NCBI GenBank assembly: GCA_965216465.1
Contig: CBDCFW010000006.1
Span: 416,723-480,722, forward strand
Source: Bacteroidia bacterium
GTDB taxonomy: Bacteria; Bacteroidota; Bacteroidia; NS11-12g; UBA9320
Direction of reading: 5' to 3'
DNA length: 64,000 nt
Position numbers and translations under genes: made by a program
The notes under the pieces: model-generated
The model's input: only the letters and a program-made list of their open reading frames with translations
Databases searched by the model: none
What the model was told of the DNA's origin: nothing
In this document: piece after piece, positions 38,917 through 48,026 of the stretch
Layout: the number at the start of each line of letters is the position of its first letter
How positions within the stretch are numbered: the stretch's first letter is position 1

Positions 38917-39957
38917 GTGAAAAAAAAATTTAGTGAATATTATAGTATCAGTAAAGATCGATTAGAAGAACACTGGGAAAAGGATACCTTTAGTTTTGAC
39001 GCTAATGTTCTTTTGAATCTATATAGATATACTCCTAAGACTAGAGATGCTTTTTTCGCTTTATTTGAAAAGATTAAAGAACGAATTTGGATCTCTTACC
39101 AAGCCGCATTTGAATATCAAAAAAATAGACTTGTTGTTATCAACGCCCAAAAAGAAGCTTATAAGGAAATAAGGGATACTTTAAAAAAGAAGAAAGGTGA
39201 GATTGAAGCCAAACTTAATGGTTTTAAAAAACATCCATACCTACAGACTAGTGAATTAAAAACTCAAATAGAGTCGGCATTTCAATCTATCAGTAAAGAT
39301 TTAGACAAATTAGAGAAAAATCACCCTGACTACTTGGTAAAAGACCCTATATGGGAGCGATTAACGGAGTTACTGGATTCGAATGTTGGAGACGATTTTA
39401 ACAAAGAGGAATTAGAAAAAATATATAGAGAAGGTAAGAAACGATATGATGAAAAAGTTCCTCCAGGATATATGGATTTAAAAGATAAAAAAAACGAAGG
39501 AAATAGATCTTTATACGGAGATATAATTGTTTGGAAACAAGTTATTGCCAAAGGCAAAGAAATCGACAATTCAATAATTCTAATAACGGACGATTTAAAG
39601 GAAGATTGGTGGTATAAGTTTAAAGGAAAAACAATTAGCCCCAGACCAGAACTAATCAAAGAATTCAAAGAGGAGGCCAACAAGCAAATTAACATCTATC
39701 AAGCCGATCGATTTTTAGAATTGGCTAATAAAAATTTAGAACAACGTACAACGTTGGAAGCAATTGAGGAAGTTCGAAAGGTAAGGTTGGCAGATGAAAA
39801 AGATATAGAAAAAGAAATAAGAGCATTCGAAATGCTCTTAGAGGATAATGGAGATGAGAATTTTAGAGAAAATGCTAGAATATTAGCAAACGTTGAAAAA
39901 AGCTCCTTTGAAAATGCAATCGAAAATAGTATCGCGGATAATAAAAAAAATAAATGA
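38917..39957 (+). CDS. PIN-like (DUF4935-type) domain protein with coiled-coil C-terminus
   Basis: N-terminal FSFDANVLLNLY(R) acidic PIN-like motif. The C-terminal half is charged and helical. Confidence 0.4.
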   Translation: MKKKFSEYYSISKDRLEEHWEKDTFSFDANVLLNLYRYTPKTRDAFFALFEKIKERIWISYQAAFEYQKNRLVVINAQKEAYKEIRDTLKKKKGEIEAKLNGFKKHPYLQTSELKTQIESAFQSISKDLDKLEKNHPDYLVKDPIWERLTELLDSNVGDDFNKEELEKIYREGKKRYDEKVPPGYMDLKDKKNEGNRSLYGDIIVWKQVIAKGKEIDNSIILITDDLKEDWWYKFKGKTISPRPELIKEFKEEANKQINIYQADRFLELANKNLEQRTTLEAIEEVRKVRLADEKDIEKEIRAFEMLLEDNGDENFRENARILANVEKSSFENAIENSIADNKKNK

Positions 39958-40316
39958 GTAACGACTTTGAAAATTCAATTGACGGATTTCATCAAGATCA
40001 GCCCCAAAGAGACGCAAAAGCTATCTTTTCAAGGTTAATTCAAGAAGATCAATATTTAGGAGACATATTCTCAATTAATTATGAACTGTCTAAAGTTTTG
40101 GTTCATGATTTCCATAGACAAAAAGTAGGAGGAATTCCGAGTCTTTGTTTTCTTATTGCAACTAGAATAAATGTAAATGAAAATATTGATTTCAAAGATG
40201 AAGATGCCTCAATTATTCTATTAAGAGTTATGGATGCTGCATCCATTCCGCAAGATCGAGAAGCAGAAAAAATAAGAGTTGAAACAGCTCAGCTGTATGA
40301 CGTCAACCAAATCTGA
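39954..40316 (+). CDS. hypothetical protein; stop codon lies inside the IS3 left inverted repeat
   Basis: ATGA start overlap with the upstream gene. Its TGA at 40314-40316 is the first 3 nt of the IS terminal repeat. Confidence 0.35.
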   Translation: MSNDFENSIDGFHQDQPQRDAKAIFSRLIQEDQYLGDIFSINYELSKVLVHDFHRQKVGGIPSLCFLIATRINVNENIDFKDEDASIILLRVMDAASIPQDREAEKIRVETAQLYDVNQI

Positions 40317-40350
40317 ACTTTTTAGTTAAAAAATTAAGATAGAGTTGGTA

Positions 40351-41325
40351 CTAATTTAAGTTAATTTTCTGATACTGTTTTTTTCTTGCTTTAAGCGTTC
40401 TTGTTTTCGTTTTACTTCTCTGCATCAATTTCTGTTCTGCTTTGCCATAATATACCTCAGCTGGTGTAAGGTTGTCTAAGGATTCATGGTAGCGTTTGTA
40501 GTTGTAATACTCCACGAACTCTTTCAACTTTCTTTCTAATTGTTCTGGACTAAAATAGTTATCTAACTTCACTACGTTTTTCATAGATCGGTGATACCGT
40601 TCTATTTTTCCTTGTGTTTGAGGGTGTAATGGTCTTCCTCTTACATGTTTCATATTTTGAACTTGAAGATAATCAGCAAGTTCGCCTGATATGTAACAAG
40701 AGCCGTTGTCTGATAGTAGCTTTGGTCTGCTATTATCGGAGACTCCAGAAGCCAATAAAGCCTCATCTAAGGTGTCTTTTACATCCTCTGCCTTCATGGT
40801 AGAACATAACTTCCAGTTAACAATAAACCTGGAGTAATCATCCAATACAGTGGAGAGGTAATACCATCCCCAACCAAAGACTTTAAAGTAGGTGAAGTCT
40901 GTCTGCCACATCTGATTTACATGAGTGGTTTTATCGTAAAAACTATCTGATGCACTCATAATCCTAAAGGCTGGAGTGGAGATTAATCCATTAGCTTTAA
41001 GAATACGATATACACTAGACTCACTAATGAAATAGCTGTAGGTGTCTGTAATATGCCAGGCTACTTCTCTTGCTGAAAGCTCTGGTTTTTCTAATGCTAT
41101 TTCAAGGACCTTGTCTCGGTCTTGCTCATTAATCCTGTTCCATGAGCCTTTTCTTCTACTAGGTTTACGAGCAAGGCCTTCAAAGCCTAGTTCATTATAA
41201 GCTCTATACCAGTTGTAGAAAGTAGTCTTATTAATCTTAAGCTCCCTTAGCGTGCGTATAACGCCCAGATCTGATTGTTCTACAAGCCTTATTAGCTCGT
41301 ACTTCTCTTGTTGACTGTAATGCAT
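40351..41325 (-). CDS. IS3 transposase OrfB (DDE integrase core), expressed via -1 frameshift from OrfA
   Basis: DDE rve core (DFTY..., DNGSCYIS, HPQTQGKIERYHRS). The OrfB frame is open upstream through AAAAAAAC in the -1 frame relative to OrfA. Confidence 0.85.
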   Translation of the reverse strand: MHYSQQEKYELIRLVEQSDLGVIRTLRELKINKTTFYNWYRAYNELGFEGLARKPSRRKGSWNRINEQDRDKVLEIALEKPELSAREVAWHITDTYSYFISESSVYRILKANGLISTPAFRIMSASDSFYDKTTHVNQMWQTDFTYFKVFGWGWYYLSTVLDDYSRFIVNWKLCSTMKAEDVKDTLDEALLASGVSDNSRPKLLSDNGSCYISGELADYLQVQNMKHVRGRPLHPQTQGKIERYHRSMKNVVKLDNYFSPEQLERKLKEFVEYYNYKRYHESLDNLTPAEVYYGKAEQKLMQRSKTKTRTLKARKKQYQKINLN

Positions 41326-41339
41326 ATACTTCTTCCTTT

Positions 41340-41687
41340 CTACTCTTCGCCACTTAAGTTTTTTTTCAATTCTCGATTCTTCAAGGATAACTCTGCTACA
41401 AGCTCCTTTAAAGACTGATTCTCCCTCTTTAGGTCTTTCACCTCTGAGGTGTTGGCTTCTCGCATGGTATCGCCTGTTAATCGACGCTTACCTGCTTCCA
41501 TGAAGTCTTTACTCCACTTGTAATAGTTCGCCTGGCTGATGCCTTCTTTTCTGCATAATTCAGCAACGGAGGTCTCTCCACGTATGCCTTCAATAATGAT
41601 GTGAATCTTTTCTTCTGATGAATACTTCTTTCTTGTCTTTCTTTTTAAGTCACTAATTAGTGAACTCGCACTTTTCTTGTTTGCCAT
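41340..41687 (-). CDS. IS3 transposase OrfA (HTH)
   Basis: SVAELCRKEGISQANYYKWSKDF helix-turn-helix and a leucine-zipper-like tail. Ends in an A7 slippery run. Confidence 0.8.
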   Translation of the reverse strand: MANKKSASSLISDLKRKTRKKYSSEEKIHIIIEGIRGETSVAELCRKEGISQANYYKWSKDFMEAGKRRLTGDTMREANTSEVKDLKRENQSLKELVAELSLKNRELKKNLSGEE

Positions 41688-41774
41688 TAAGGTTTCTTTA
41701 AAAGGTTATAAATTTATTAAAACCTCTATCTTATTAATTTAACCTAAATAGTTCACTTTTTGCTGACTTTAAAC

Positions 41775-42893
41775 ATGGAAGATTTGATATTTGATAAACT
41801 TAAATGTACCATTGAAATAAATCCTAAATCACTAAAACACCAAAAAGTATATAATTTAGAAATTCAAAACGTTTCTCTTGAAAATCTTGATATTCTAAAT
41901 AAACTTATCAGCACATTTGAAAATTTTAAATTTAAAACGATCTATTGGAAGGCTGAATCTCAATACCTTATTTCACAACCAATTAATATTCAGCAATTTG
42001 CAGCTGACCCAACAAAATCAATACCTCTACAAAATTGTTTTAGTTTAGCAGGATATTCTGATTTATCCACTCTCACAACCGACCTGTCTGAGTCTACCGA
42101 ACGGGAACGAATTAGAGATCTATTGGGCTCTGCAGTTACAAAACATATTAAAAGTGTTTGGAAAGATCATAAGATTAAAATCACTTTCGATATTTCTGAT
42201 GGTTTAATTAATTTTCATATTAAAGATAGCAACTCAAAAGAACGTGCTAAAACTTCTGATCAAAGAAGTGACGGATTTAGACAATTCATTTCTTTTTTAT
42301 TGACTCTTTCTGCTCAATATCAGAACAAGGAACTTCAGAACACACTAATTCTTTTAGATGAACCTGAAACCCACTTGCATCCTACGGCTCAATTGAATTT
42401 GCTGAGGGAAATTATTGAAATATCAAAAGGTCAGTCAAATAATGTTCTCTTTTTTGCAACCCATTCAAATTATTTAGTGGACAAAGAATGTCTAGAAAGA
42501 AACTACAAAGTGATTAAGGATAAAGATAGAACTAAAATTCATCGGTTTGAACAACATTACTCATCTTATGCTAGCGTGAATTACGAAGTTTTTGAAATTC
42601 CAACTTCAGACTATCATAATGAGCTTTATGGAAAATTATATTCTCTTTCAGAGATTGAAAATCTAACAAAATTTGATGAATATATTCAAGAAAAAGTTGA
42701 AGGATCAACAGTTAAAAAAGGTTACAAACATACAAATGGTAAAGAGTTTGATTGTTCCTTAAGTACTTACATTCGCCATCAAATTCATCACCCTGAAAAT
42801 GACAAGAACAAACGTTATACTTATGATGAGCTCTCAACTTCGATCAAAATAATGCTGGAACACATAAACTTGCTTTTGCAAAACAAAGCTTAG
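41775..42893 (+). CDS. ABC/OLD-type (AAA_15/21-like) ATPase lacking its N-terminal Walker A segment - probable 5'-truncated gene
   Basis: Signature-like RSDGFRQFISFLL, Walker B LILLDEPETHLH, H-loop FATHSN. No P-loop anywhere in the ORF. Begins 20 nt after the IS3 right end. Confidence 0.5.
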   Translation: MEDLIFDKLKCTIEINPKSLKHQKVYNLEIQNVSLENLDILNKLISTFENFKFKTIYWKAESQYLISQPINIQQFAADPTKSIPLQNCFSLAGYSDLSTLTTDLSESTERERIRDLLGSAVTKHIKSVWKDHKIKITFDISDGLINFHIKDSNSKERAKTSDQRSDGFRQFISFLLTLSAQYQNKELQNTLILLDEPETHLHPTAQLNLLREIIEISKGQSNNVLFFATHSNYLVDKECLERNYKVIKDKDRTKIHRFEQHYSSYASVNYEVFEIPTSDYHNELYGKLYSLSEIENLTKFDEYIQEKVEGSTVKKGYKHTNGKEFDCSLSTYIRHQIHHPENDKNKRYTYDELSTSIKIMLEHINLLLQNKA

Positions 42894-42929
42894 CATCAGT
42901 TTTTTATATAAATATTTAAGAAGAAAAAT

Positions 42930-43145
42930 ATGATTATGACATTAAGATACCTTGGCTCAAGTGACGAATATTTCGAAACAGATGAAAACTATGAAGTTAA
43001 AATTGAATGGACTGGCAATTTAGAGCCGCTTACCATAGTGCGAACTGACGATCATCTGAAAAGCAAATTCTATCGTATGGCAAAACAAGCACATAGAGAT
43101 TGGGATCTAAATGATTGTCCATATTTCATAAATACAAATAAATAA
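42930..43145 (+). CDS. hypothetical protein
   Basis: 71-aa ORF. Confidence 0.3.
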   Translation: MIMTLRYLGSSDEYFETDENYEVKIEWTGNLEPLTIVRTDDHLKSKFYRMAKQAHRDWDLNDCPYFINTNK

Positions 43146-43147
43146 AT

Positions 43148-43684
43148 ATGCCTATCGCCAGCGAACTCTCTAACTTAATCGTACCCAAACAGGTCCTTGA
43201 ATCAAAGTATCAAGGTGGCATCTCTCAATTTAAAAAGGACTTCAATTTTGAAAGCTCTAAACATAATGCTGAGGATCATGAAGTAATCAGAATTGGGGCT
43301 ATGAATAGTGATGAGTTTGATCTAGATCTACTTATTACTAGAGGACTTGAATACAACTCCAATACAAACTCAACCGAAGACTTCGTAATAGTTAGCCGAT
43401 ACGGAGGTGCTCTTTGGAAAACAGAATGGCTTCATGAGAATGGAGTTTTTCTGTGGCACTTCTATGCTGATCCTAGATCACATAGAGAAGCTAAGGATAG
43501 AGGACTATGTCCGATGAATGAAATAGAAAAGAGATATGGCAGCTATGAAAATTTCTACTCTCCAATAATGCATGATGAAATTGAAGATACATTAAGCTAT
43601 GAAGAACTTAAAAGAATAGCAATTGAAGTAGTGGATATTATGTCTGATGATGATAATAAAAAATCAAGTAAGAATATTACTTAA
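43148..43684 (+). CDS. hypothetical protein
   Basis: 178-aa acidic ORF, 2 nt after the previous stop. Confidence 0.35.
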   Translation: MPIASELSNLIVPKQVLESKYQGGISQFKKDFNFESSKHNAEDHEVIRIGAMNSDEFDLDLLITRGLEYNSNTNSTEDFVIVSRYGGALWKTEWLHENGVFLWHFYADPRSHREAKDRGLCPMNEIEKRYGSYENFYSPIMHDEIEDTLSYEELKRIAIEVVDIMSDDDNKKSSKNIT

Positions 43685-43688
43685 CATT

Positions 43689-44681
43689 CTAATTTCGCAG
43701 TTTAGCTATGGATTCTGAAATGCTTTTTAAGGATTCCAAGATTGGTCCTTTGTCATTATGAGAATTACTATCAAGTGTATCACTTGGGTTTTCACCTACC
43801 ACTTTTAATATGGTCTCTATCAGCTCTAACTTAAGATCTTTTCCTATTCTGGAATCACCTAAGTCTTCTAATTCTTGCTTTAGTCCATAATATATTTTGG
43901 CAACATCTTCTTTGTAGGCATACTCCTGTTGTAATCTCTTATTTTGGCTTCTTTGCTTGCTTGCAAAAACAGCTAACCAAATTGCACCTCCCAAAAATGG
44001 CAAGTTGCCTAAAGTGTATTTCCAAACTTCGGATAGCTCATAATTAACATTCTTGAATGTTATTATTGAGAAAGTCATCAAGGCACCTATTGATATAAAG
44101 AATAACAAAATCCACAACCTGTTGGAAATCACAAATGACTGCTTATGATCATTAAATGCCTTGGCTAATGCTACTGTGCTTGCTCCCTTCAATAAACTTT
44201 CAATTCTCTTAAATAGCTCACTTTGCTTTTTGGAATTATTTTGATATAACTCACTTGTACTTGACAAAAATCCTTCGATGCGAGACTTAATTCCTTCTAT
44301 ATGAATTCCTTCATCATTTCTGTATCCATTCAGCTCAGATTCATACTCTGAAATGTCCTCAAGCGTTTTTTGAATTTCAATCTTATATTGTTCAAATTCA
44401 GAAGCAAAACCTTCAATATCCTCTCCTATCACATAGCCAGATTCATTTTCTTCGAAAACCTTGTCATGAATTTTCGATATGTCTTTAGAAACAATTTCCG
44501 TCTGGTCTTTAATCTCATTTGTTTGATTGATTAAATCATTCATCACTGCTAAGCTCTTTTCAGCAGATTCTCTCAATTCGTCAATCTCTTTAATCTTTAG
44601 TTCAGCCTTTTTCTTAAATTCGTTGATATTCCTTGTAATCCAAGCCTTATGACCAGATGAGAAATCTTCCTCCTTTTTCAT
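43689..44681 (-). CDS. coiled-coil protein with two C-proximal transmembrane helices
   Basis: A heptad-rich N-terminal ~160 aa. Hydrophobic segments LWILLFFISIGALMTFSIITF and LPFLGGAIWLAVFA. Confidence 0.4.
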   Translation of the reverse strand: MKKEEDFSSGHKAWITRNINEFKKKAELKIKEIDELRESAEKSLAVMNDLINQTNEIKDQTEIVSKDISKIHDKVFEENESGYVIGEDIEGFASEFEQYKIEIQKTLEDISEYESELNGYRNDEGIHIEGIKSRIEGFLSSTSELYQNNSKKQSELFKRIESLLKGASTVALAKAFNDHKQSFVISNRLWILLFFISIGALMTFSIITFKNVNYELSEVWKYTLGNLPFLGGAIWLAVFASKQRSQNKRLQQEYAYKEDVAKIYYGLKQELEDLGDSRIGKDLKLELIETILKVVGENPSDTLDSNSHNDKGPILESLKSISESIAKLRN

Positions 44682-44786
44682 AGTTATTATTATTTAGACC
44701 TTTTCTTATAGGCCGCTAGCTTCGATACGAATTTAAGGATTATTAAATGATTTATAGCATAACCAAATGCTCAGAATGCCATTGCT

Positions 44787-45692
44787 CTATATCCCATCCA
44801 TTTTATCCAGTCCAAGATTTTTAACATACTGTTGCTTTAATCTATACCTAATAAAAGAGCTTAAAACACAATTGTCTTTTGTTTTGTCAAATGGGCTGTC
44901 ATAATTGTATTTTGGTTCATATGATCCGATTGTAAATACATAACCATCCTCTTCTGTGTTAAAGTAAGCTCCAGATCTAAACCCTAAACACAGTTCAATA
45001 ACATAAGCTTTAGTTTCCCATCTTAAAACTGTTGTTTGAATTAACTCAGAGTTCTCATCCTCGATACCAGAATTTGTAAATATTTGTCCATCCTTAAACG
45101 TGTACAGAGTATGGTAGTCTGTAGTGTATTCTCGAGGCTCGCCATATTTAGCAGTATATTTAGTAACCACAACATCAACGATATCTTGTCTTACAGTGCT
45201 AGAAATTGTTTTAACTGGAAAACTCATCCCGGTCACAGTTGACTGAATAGACAGAGGATTAAACCACTCTTGAGAATAGGTTGTGTTGTTGGATGAAACT
45301 AGAATAACATCAACGGCCCTTATTTTATCATTCTGCATTGTAGGATAGATAATACCATAATGCGAAATATCAACCTGACCATTTTTAAAGTTGTAGTTGT
45401 CGAAATTAAGAACATTTGAAGTCCAGAGGTTTATTCCATTCTTTTGTTCTTTAATGTAGTCTCCTCGCCAAAAATTATTTGTGTAAAACGTAGAAAGTCC
45501 TAACTCTAATGAATCAAAGGTGCTAACTTTAGAACCTAGCATTATTTGGTCTATTATAGTTACTTCTTCTTGACTTAGACTGCTACATCCCGTAAAAAAT
45601 AAAACAACTATTACCGATGCGAAGTAGTTAAATGATGTCTTCATATTGCTTATAATTAAATCAAAAATATAGGCATTCATGCTTATAGGCAA
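44787..45692 (-). CDS. hypothetical lipoprotein
   Basis: Signal peptide with Cys (FFTGCSSL). Confidence 0.4.
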   Translation of the reverse strand: MPISMNAYIFDLIISNMKTSFNYFASVIVVLFFTGCSSLSQEEVTIIDQIMLGSKVSTFDSLELGLSTFYTNNFWRGDYIKEQKNGINLWTSNVLNFDNYNFKNGQVDISHYGIIYPTMQNDKIRAVDVILVSSNNTTYSQEWFNPLSIQSTVTGMSFPVKTISSTVRQDIVDVVVTKYTAKYGEPREYTTDYHTLYTFKDGQIFTNSGIEDENSELIQTTVLRWETKAYVIELCLGFRSGAYFNTEEDGYVFTIGSYEPKYNYDSPFDKTKDNCVLSSFIRYRLKQQYVKNLGLDKMDGI

Positions 45693-45704
45693 GCGTGCCT
45701 TGAA

Positions 45705-45944
45705 ATGGAATTTTACAGCGTGAATAATTTGCGAGATGACGAGTTCCTAAATAAGCTTGGAAAGAGGTTAAAAGAGCTAAGAACAGCTCAGGGTTTGACT
45801 CAGGAAAAACTTGCATTTGCTATCGGAGTTGAAATCTCACAGATAAGTCGAATTGAACGAGGAATAATCAATCCAACAATTTCAACTCTCCTGGTTATCT
45901 CTAAACATCTGAACATTAATTTGAGTGAATTCTTAGAATTCTAA
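45705..45944 (+). CDS. XRE-family helix-turn-helix transcriptional regulator
   Basis: LTQEKLAFAIGVEISQISRIERG is a Cro/C1-type HTH. Confidence 0.7.
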   Translation: MEFYSVNNLRDDEFLNKLGKRLKELRTAQGLTQEKLAFAIGVEISQISRIERGIINPTISTLLVISKHLNINLSEFLEF

Positions 45945-46026
45945 TTCACTAAACCCGAGTGCAGAATAGTTATCTTTGGAAGTGTGAAACTCGAGTTCAT
46001 CTCTTTAGCACTTTGTTCTTATTGTT

Positions 46027-47178
46027 ATGTATAACCCTTATGCGTTATATATAAACTGTGATGGAGCTATGGATTACGATTCCAGAAGTTCTGGAGGAAT
46101 AGGTTATGTCATTACCTTTCCAGACAATATTGATATGGAACAAATTTTAATCTCCAAAGGTACGTATGTTGGAGGTAATCCAGAAACAATGGAAATGGAA
46201 GCGTTAATCCAAGGAATTAAAGAAACCATCTCATTATTCCAACAACACAGTGCTATACTAAAAAGTATTTCCCAAATAATATTTATTTCTGATAGGTACA
46301 ATCTTCAAGACTCAGAACGAACATCTCCGTTCAGAATTGCAAGACTCAGACGAAACAAATGGAAAACTTATGAAGGGAAGCCAATCAAGAATCACAAACT
46401 GCTCGATGAATTGGATAAAGAAAGACAAAAGTTAGGCCATGTTTCTAAAGCAAGAATAAATATTGAGTTTAGGCCAAGGAAAAAGAATAAAATTGCAGAC
46501 AAACTTTCAAAGAAAGGAAAGGCAAATAACCTTATAAACCAAAAGCTTTGGAAAAAGGGGGAAAAAATTGGTCGAAGACGATTTGACGGTCCAGAAGTAA
46601 ACTATCGTAATTTTAAATCAGGAGTTAAAATCCACATTTCAGTCTTCAGGAAGGACCCAGTGCAGGATGAGTGGGAAGTATGGGGTGAAATCTGTAACGG
46701 ACCAGAGCATTCTAAAAAAGTAAAAATATACGCAGAGAATGAACTCGCATCAAATCTTTCAAGGGGCAATGAATATATCGTGACTATTTTTGCTAAGTAC
46801 TCTAACTTCTTAAGGATATATGGTTCAATAAATGAAGTAAAAAGAATGACCCTAAAAGAATTTAAGAATAAATATTACCTCAAAAGGGATTATAAACGTT
46901 CAGATGAAAATAACTATAGTTGCGATTTGCACATTTGCTCTAAACATGATAACAAAGTTGTAATGACTAATTCCAGTACTATCAAGATTGATCCCTGTGC
47001 CGAAATTGACCAAGATTTGTCATCTTATCCTATTAGCACAACTTCTTTGTTAAATGAAACACTTGTAACCCTCTTTAATCTTACTCTCTTGCGTTTTGGA
47101 ATAACTGAAACAGTTAAGGGCAACAGCAAAAAAGAGATTGCTACGTTCTTCAAAGGTGTTTCATTTAAGCTTGACTAG
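46027..47178 (+). CDS. protein with N-terminal RNase H-like domain and unknown C-terminal domain
   Basis: RNase H1-like motif order: CDGA..GGIG, ETMEMEAL, FISD, NKIADKLSKKG. Confidence 0.4.
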   Translation: MYNPYALYINCDGAMDYDSRSSGGIGYVITFPDNIDMEQILISKGTYVGGNPETMEMEALIQGIKETISLFQQHSAILKSISQIIFISDRYNLQDSERTSPFRIARLRRNKWKTYEGKPIKNHKLLDELDKERQKLGHVSKARINIEFRPRKKNKIADKLSKKGKANNLINQKLWKKGEKIGRRRFDGPEVNYRNFKSGVKIHISVFRKDPVQDEWEVWGEICNGPEHSKKVKIYAENELASNLSRGNEYIVTIFAKYSNFLRIYGSINEVKRMTLKEFKNKYYLKRDYKRSDENNYSCDLHICSKHDNKVVMTNSSTIKIDPCAEIDQDLSSYPISTTSLLNETLVTLFNLTLLRFGITETVKGNSKKEIATFFKGVSFKLD

Positions 47179-47222
47179 ATTTCTAAAAATGGCATCTCAA
47201 TAATCCCAACCGTACAATAAAC

Positions 47223-47663
47223 CTACTCATCTCTAATCGAATAATACCCCTCATTACTAATAATAAGGTGATCCAACAAAGCAATATCTAGCAAATTCGC
47301 ACCACTCTTAATCTTCTCCGTCAAATAAATATCTGCTCTACTTGGTTTTAAATTTCCGCTAGGATGATTATGCATAAGAATAATACTTGAAGCTCCTACT
47401 TTAAGTGCAATAGCGAAGATGACCTTAGGGTCGCAATAAGTTCCGCTTACCCCTCCCTTACTTACCGAATAATATCCAAGCAACCGATTATTCCTATTTA
47501 AGCAAACCAAAATCATTTCCTCAACCCAATTAAACGTATCCTGGTCAAATATCTGCCTTGATAGCTCAAACGCATCGTCAGCATTTCTAATCTGGTATAA
47601 ATCATCCTTATTTACTGGAGGATCATATACAACAGACATTTTGATTTTAGGTATAAGTAGCAT
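47223..47663 (-). CDS. RadC-like JAB/MPN domain protein
   Basis: JAMM motif HNHPSG...PSRAD and a RadC-like C-terminal core. Confidence 0.75.
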   Translation of the reverse strand: MLLIPKIKMSVVYDPPVNKDDLYQIRNADDAFELSRQIFDQDTFNWVEEMILVCLNRNNRLLGYYSVSKGGVSGTYCDPKVIFAIALKVGASSIILMHNHPSGNLKPSRADIYLTEKIKSGANLLDIALLDHLIISNEGYYSIRDE

Positions 47664-47712
47664 GGTTTGTATAATTTTGTTGAGGGAAGGACTAAGCTAA
47701 TCACAAATTGTC

Positions 47713-47955
47713 ATGGATAAATACGGAATTGCTGCTGTTGTTGTACTTGTAATCTTTGCAATTTTGGAGTTGAATTCAAAACAGACTTTCAAGACTAAAG
47801 AACCTAGCGAGCTAGAGAAAGCCAAGAACGGTTCTTTTAAGATAAGAAAGGAATTTGCTGAAATTTTGAAGATGAAAGGTGACCAACAGGAGCTATCAAG
47901 AGAAGAGAAGGACTTTTTATCAGATTTCTATGAAGAAGAGAACAATAGAGATTAA
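47713..47955 (+). CDS. small hypothetical protein with N-terminal TM helix
   Basis: 80-aa ORF. Confidence 0.3.
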   Translation: MDKYGIAAVVVLVIFAILELNSKQTFKTKEPSELEKAKNGSFKIRKEFAEILKMKGDQQELSREEKDFLSDFYEEENNRD

Positions 47956-48026
47956 ATTCATCAATGTGACGCTGTGAGCATTGATTAAATAATTAAAAAG
48001 AAGATTGCAAACCTGCAAATTTTAAA

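Larger units (their letters stand above)
40314..41755 (-). mobile_element. IS3-family insertion sequence (~1.44 kb) with ~35-bp imperfect terminal inverted repeats (TGAACT...AGTTCA)
   Basis: IRL 40314-40348 TGAACTTTTTAGTTAAAAAATTAAGATAGAGTT aligns with the reverse complement of 41721-41755. Two-ORF transposase inside. Confidence 0.8.

Noticed and set aside
40311-41760. Target-site duplication flanking the IS3 element
   Set aside because: The 3-4 bp on either side (ATC / CTT) do not match. No TSD can be claimed, which is consistent with IS-mediated rearrangement or adjacent deletion.
34858-48000. Integrase/recombinase marking an integrated element in the accessory region
   Set aside because: No tyrosine or serine recombinase motifs were found in any frame here. 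Only the IS3 transposase is present, so an ICE or prophage call is not supported within this window.
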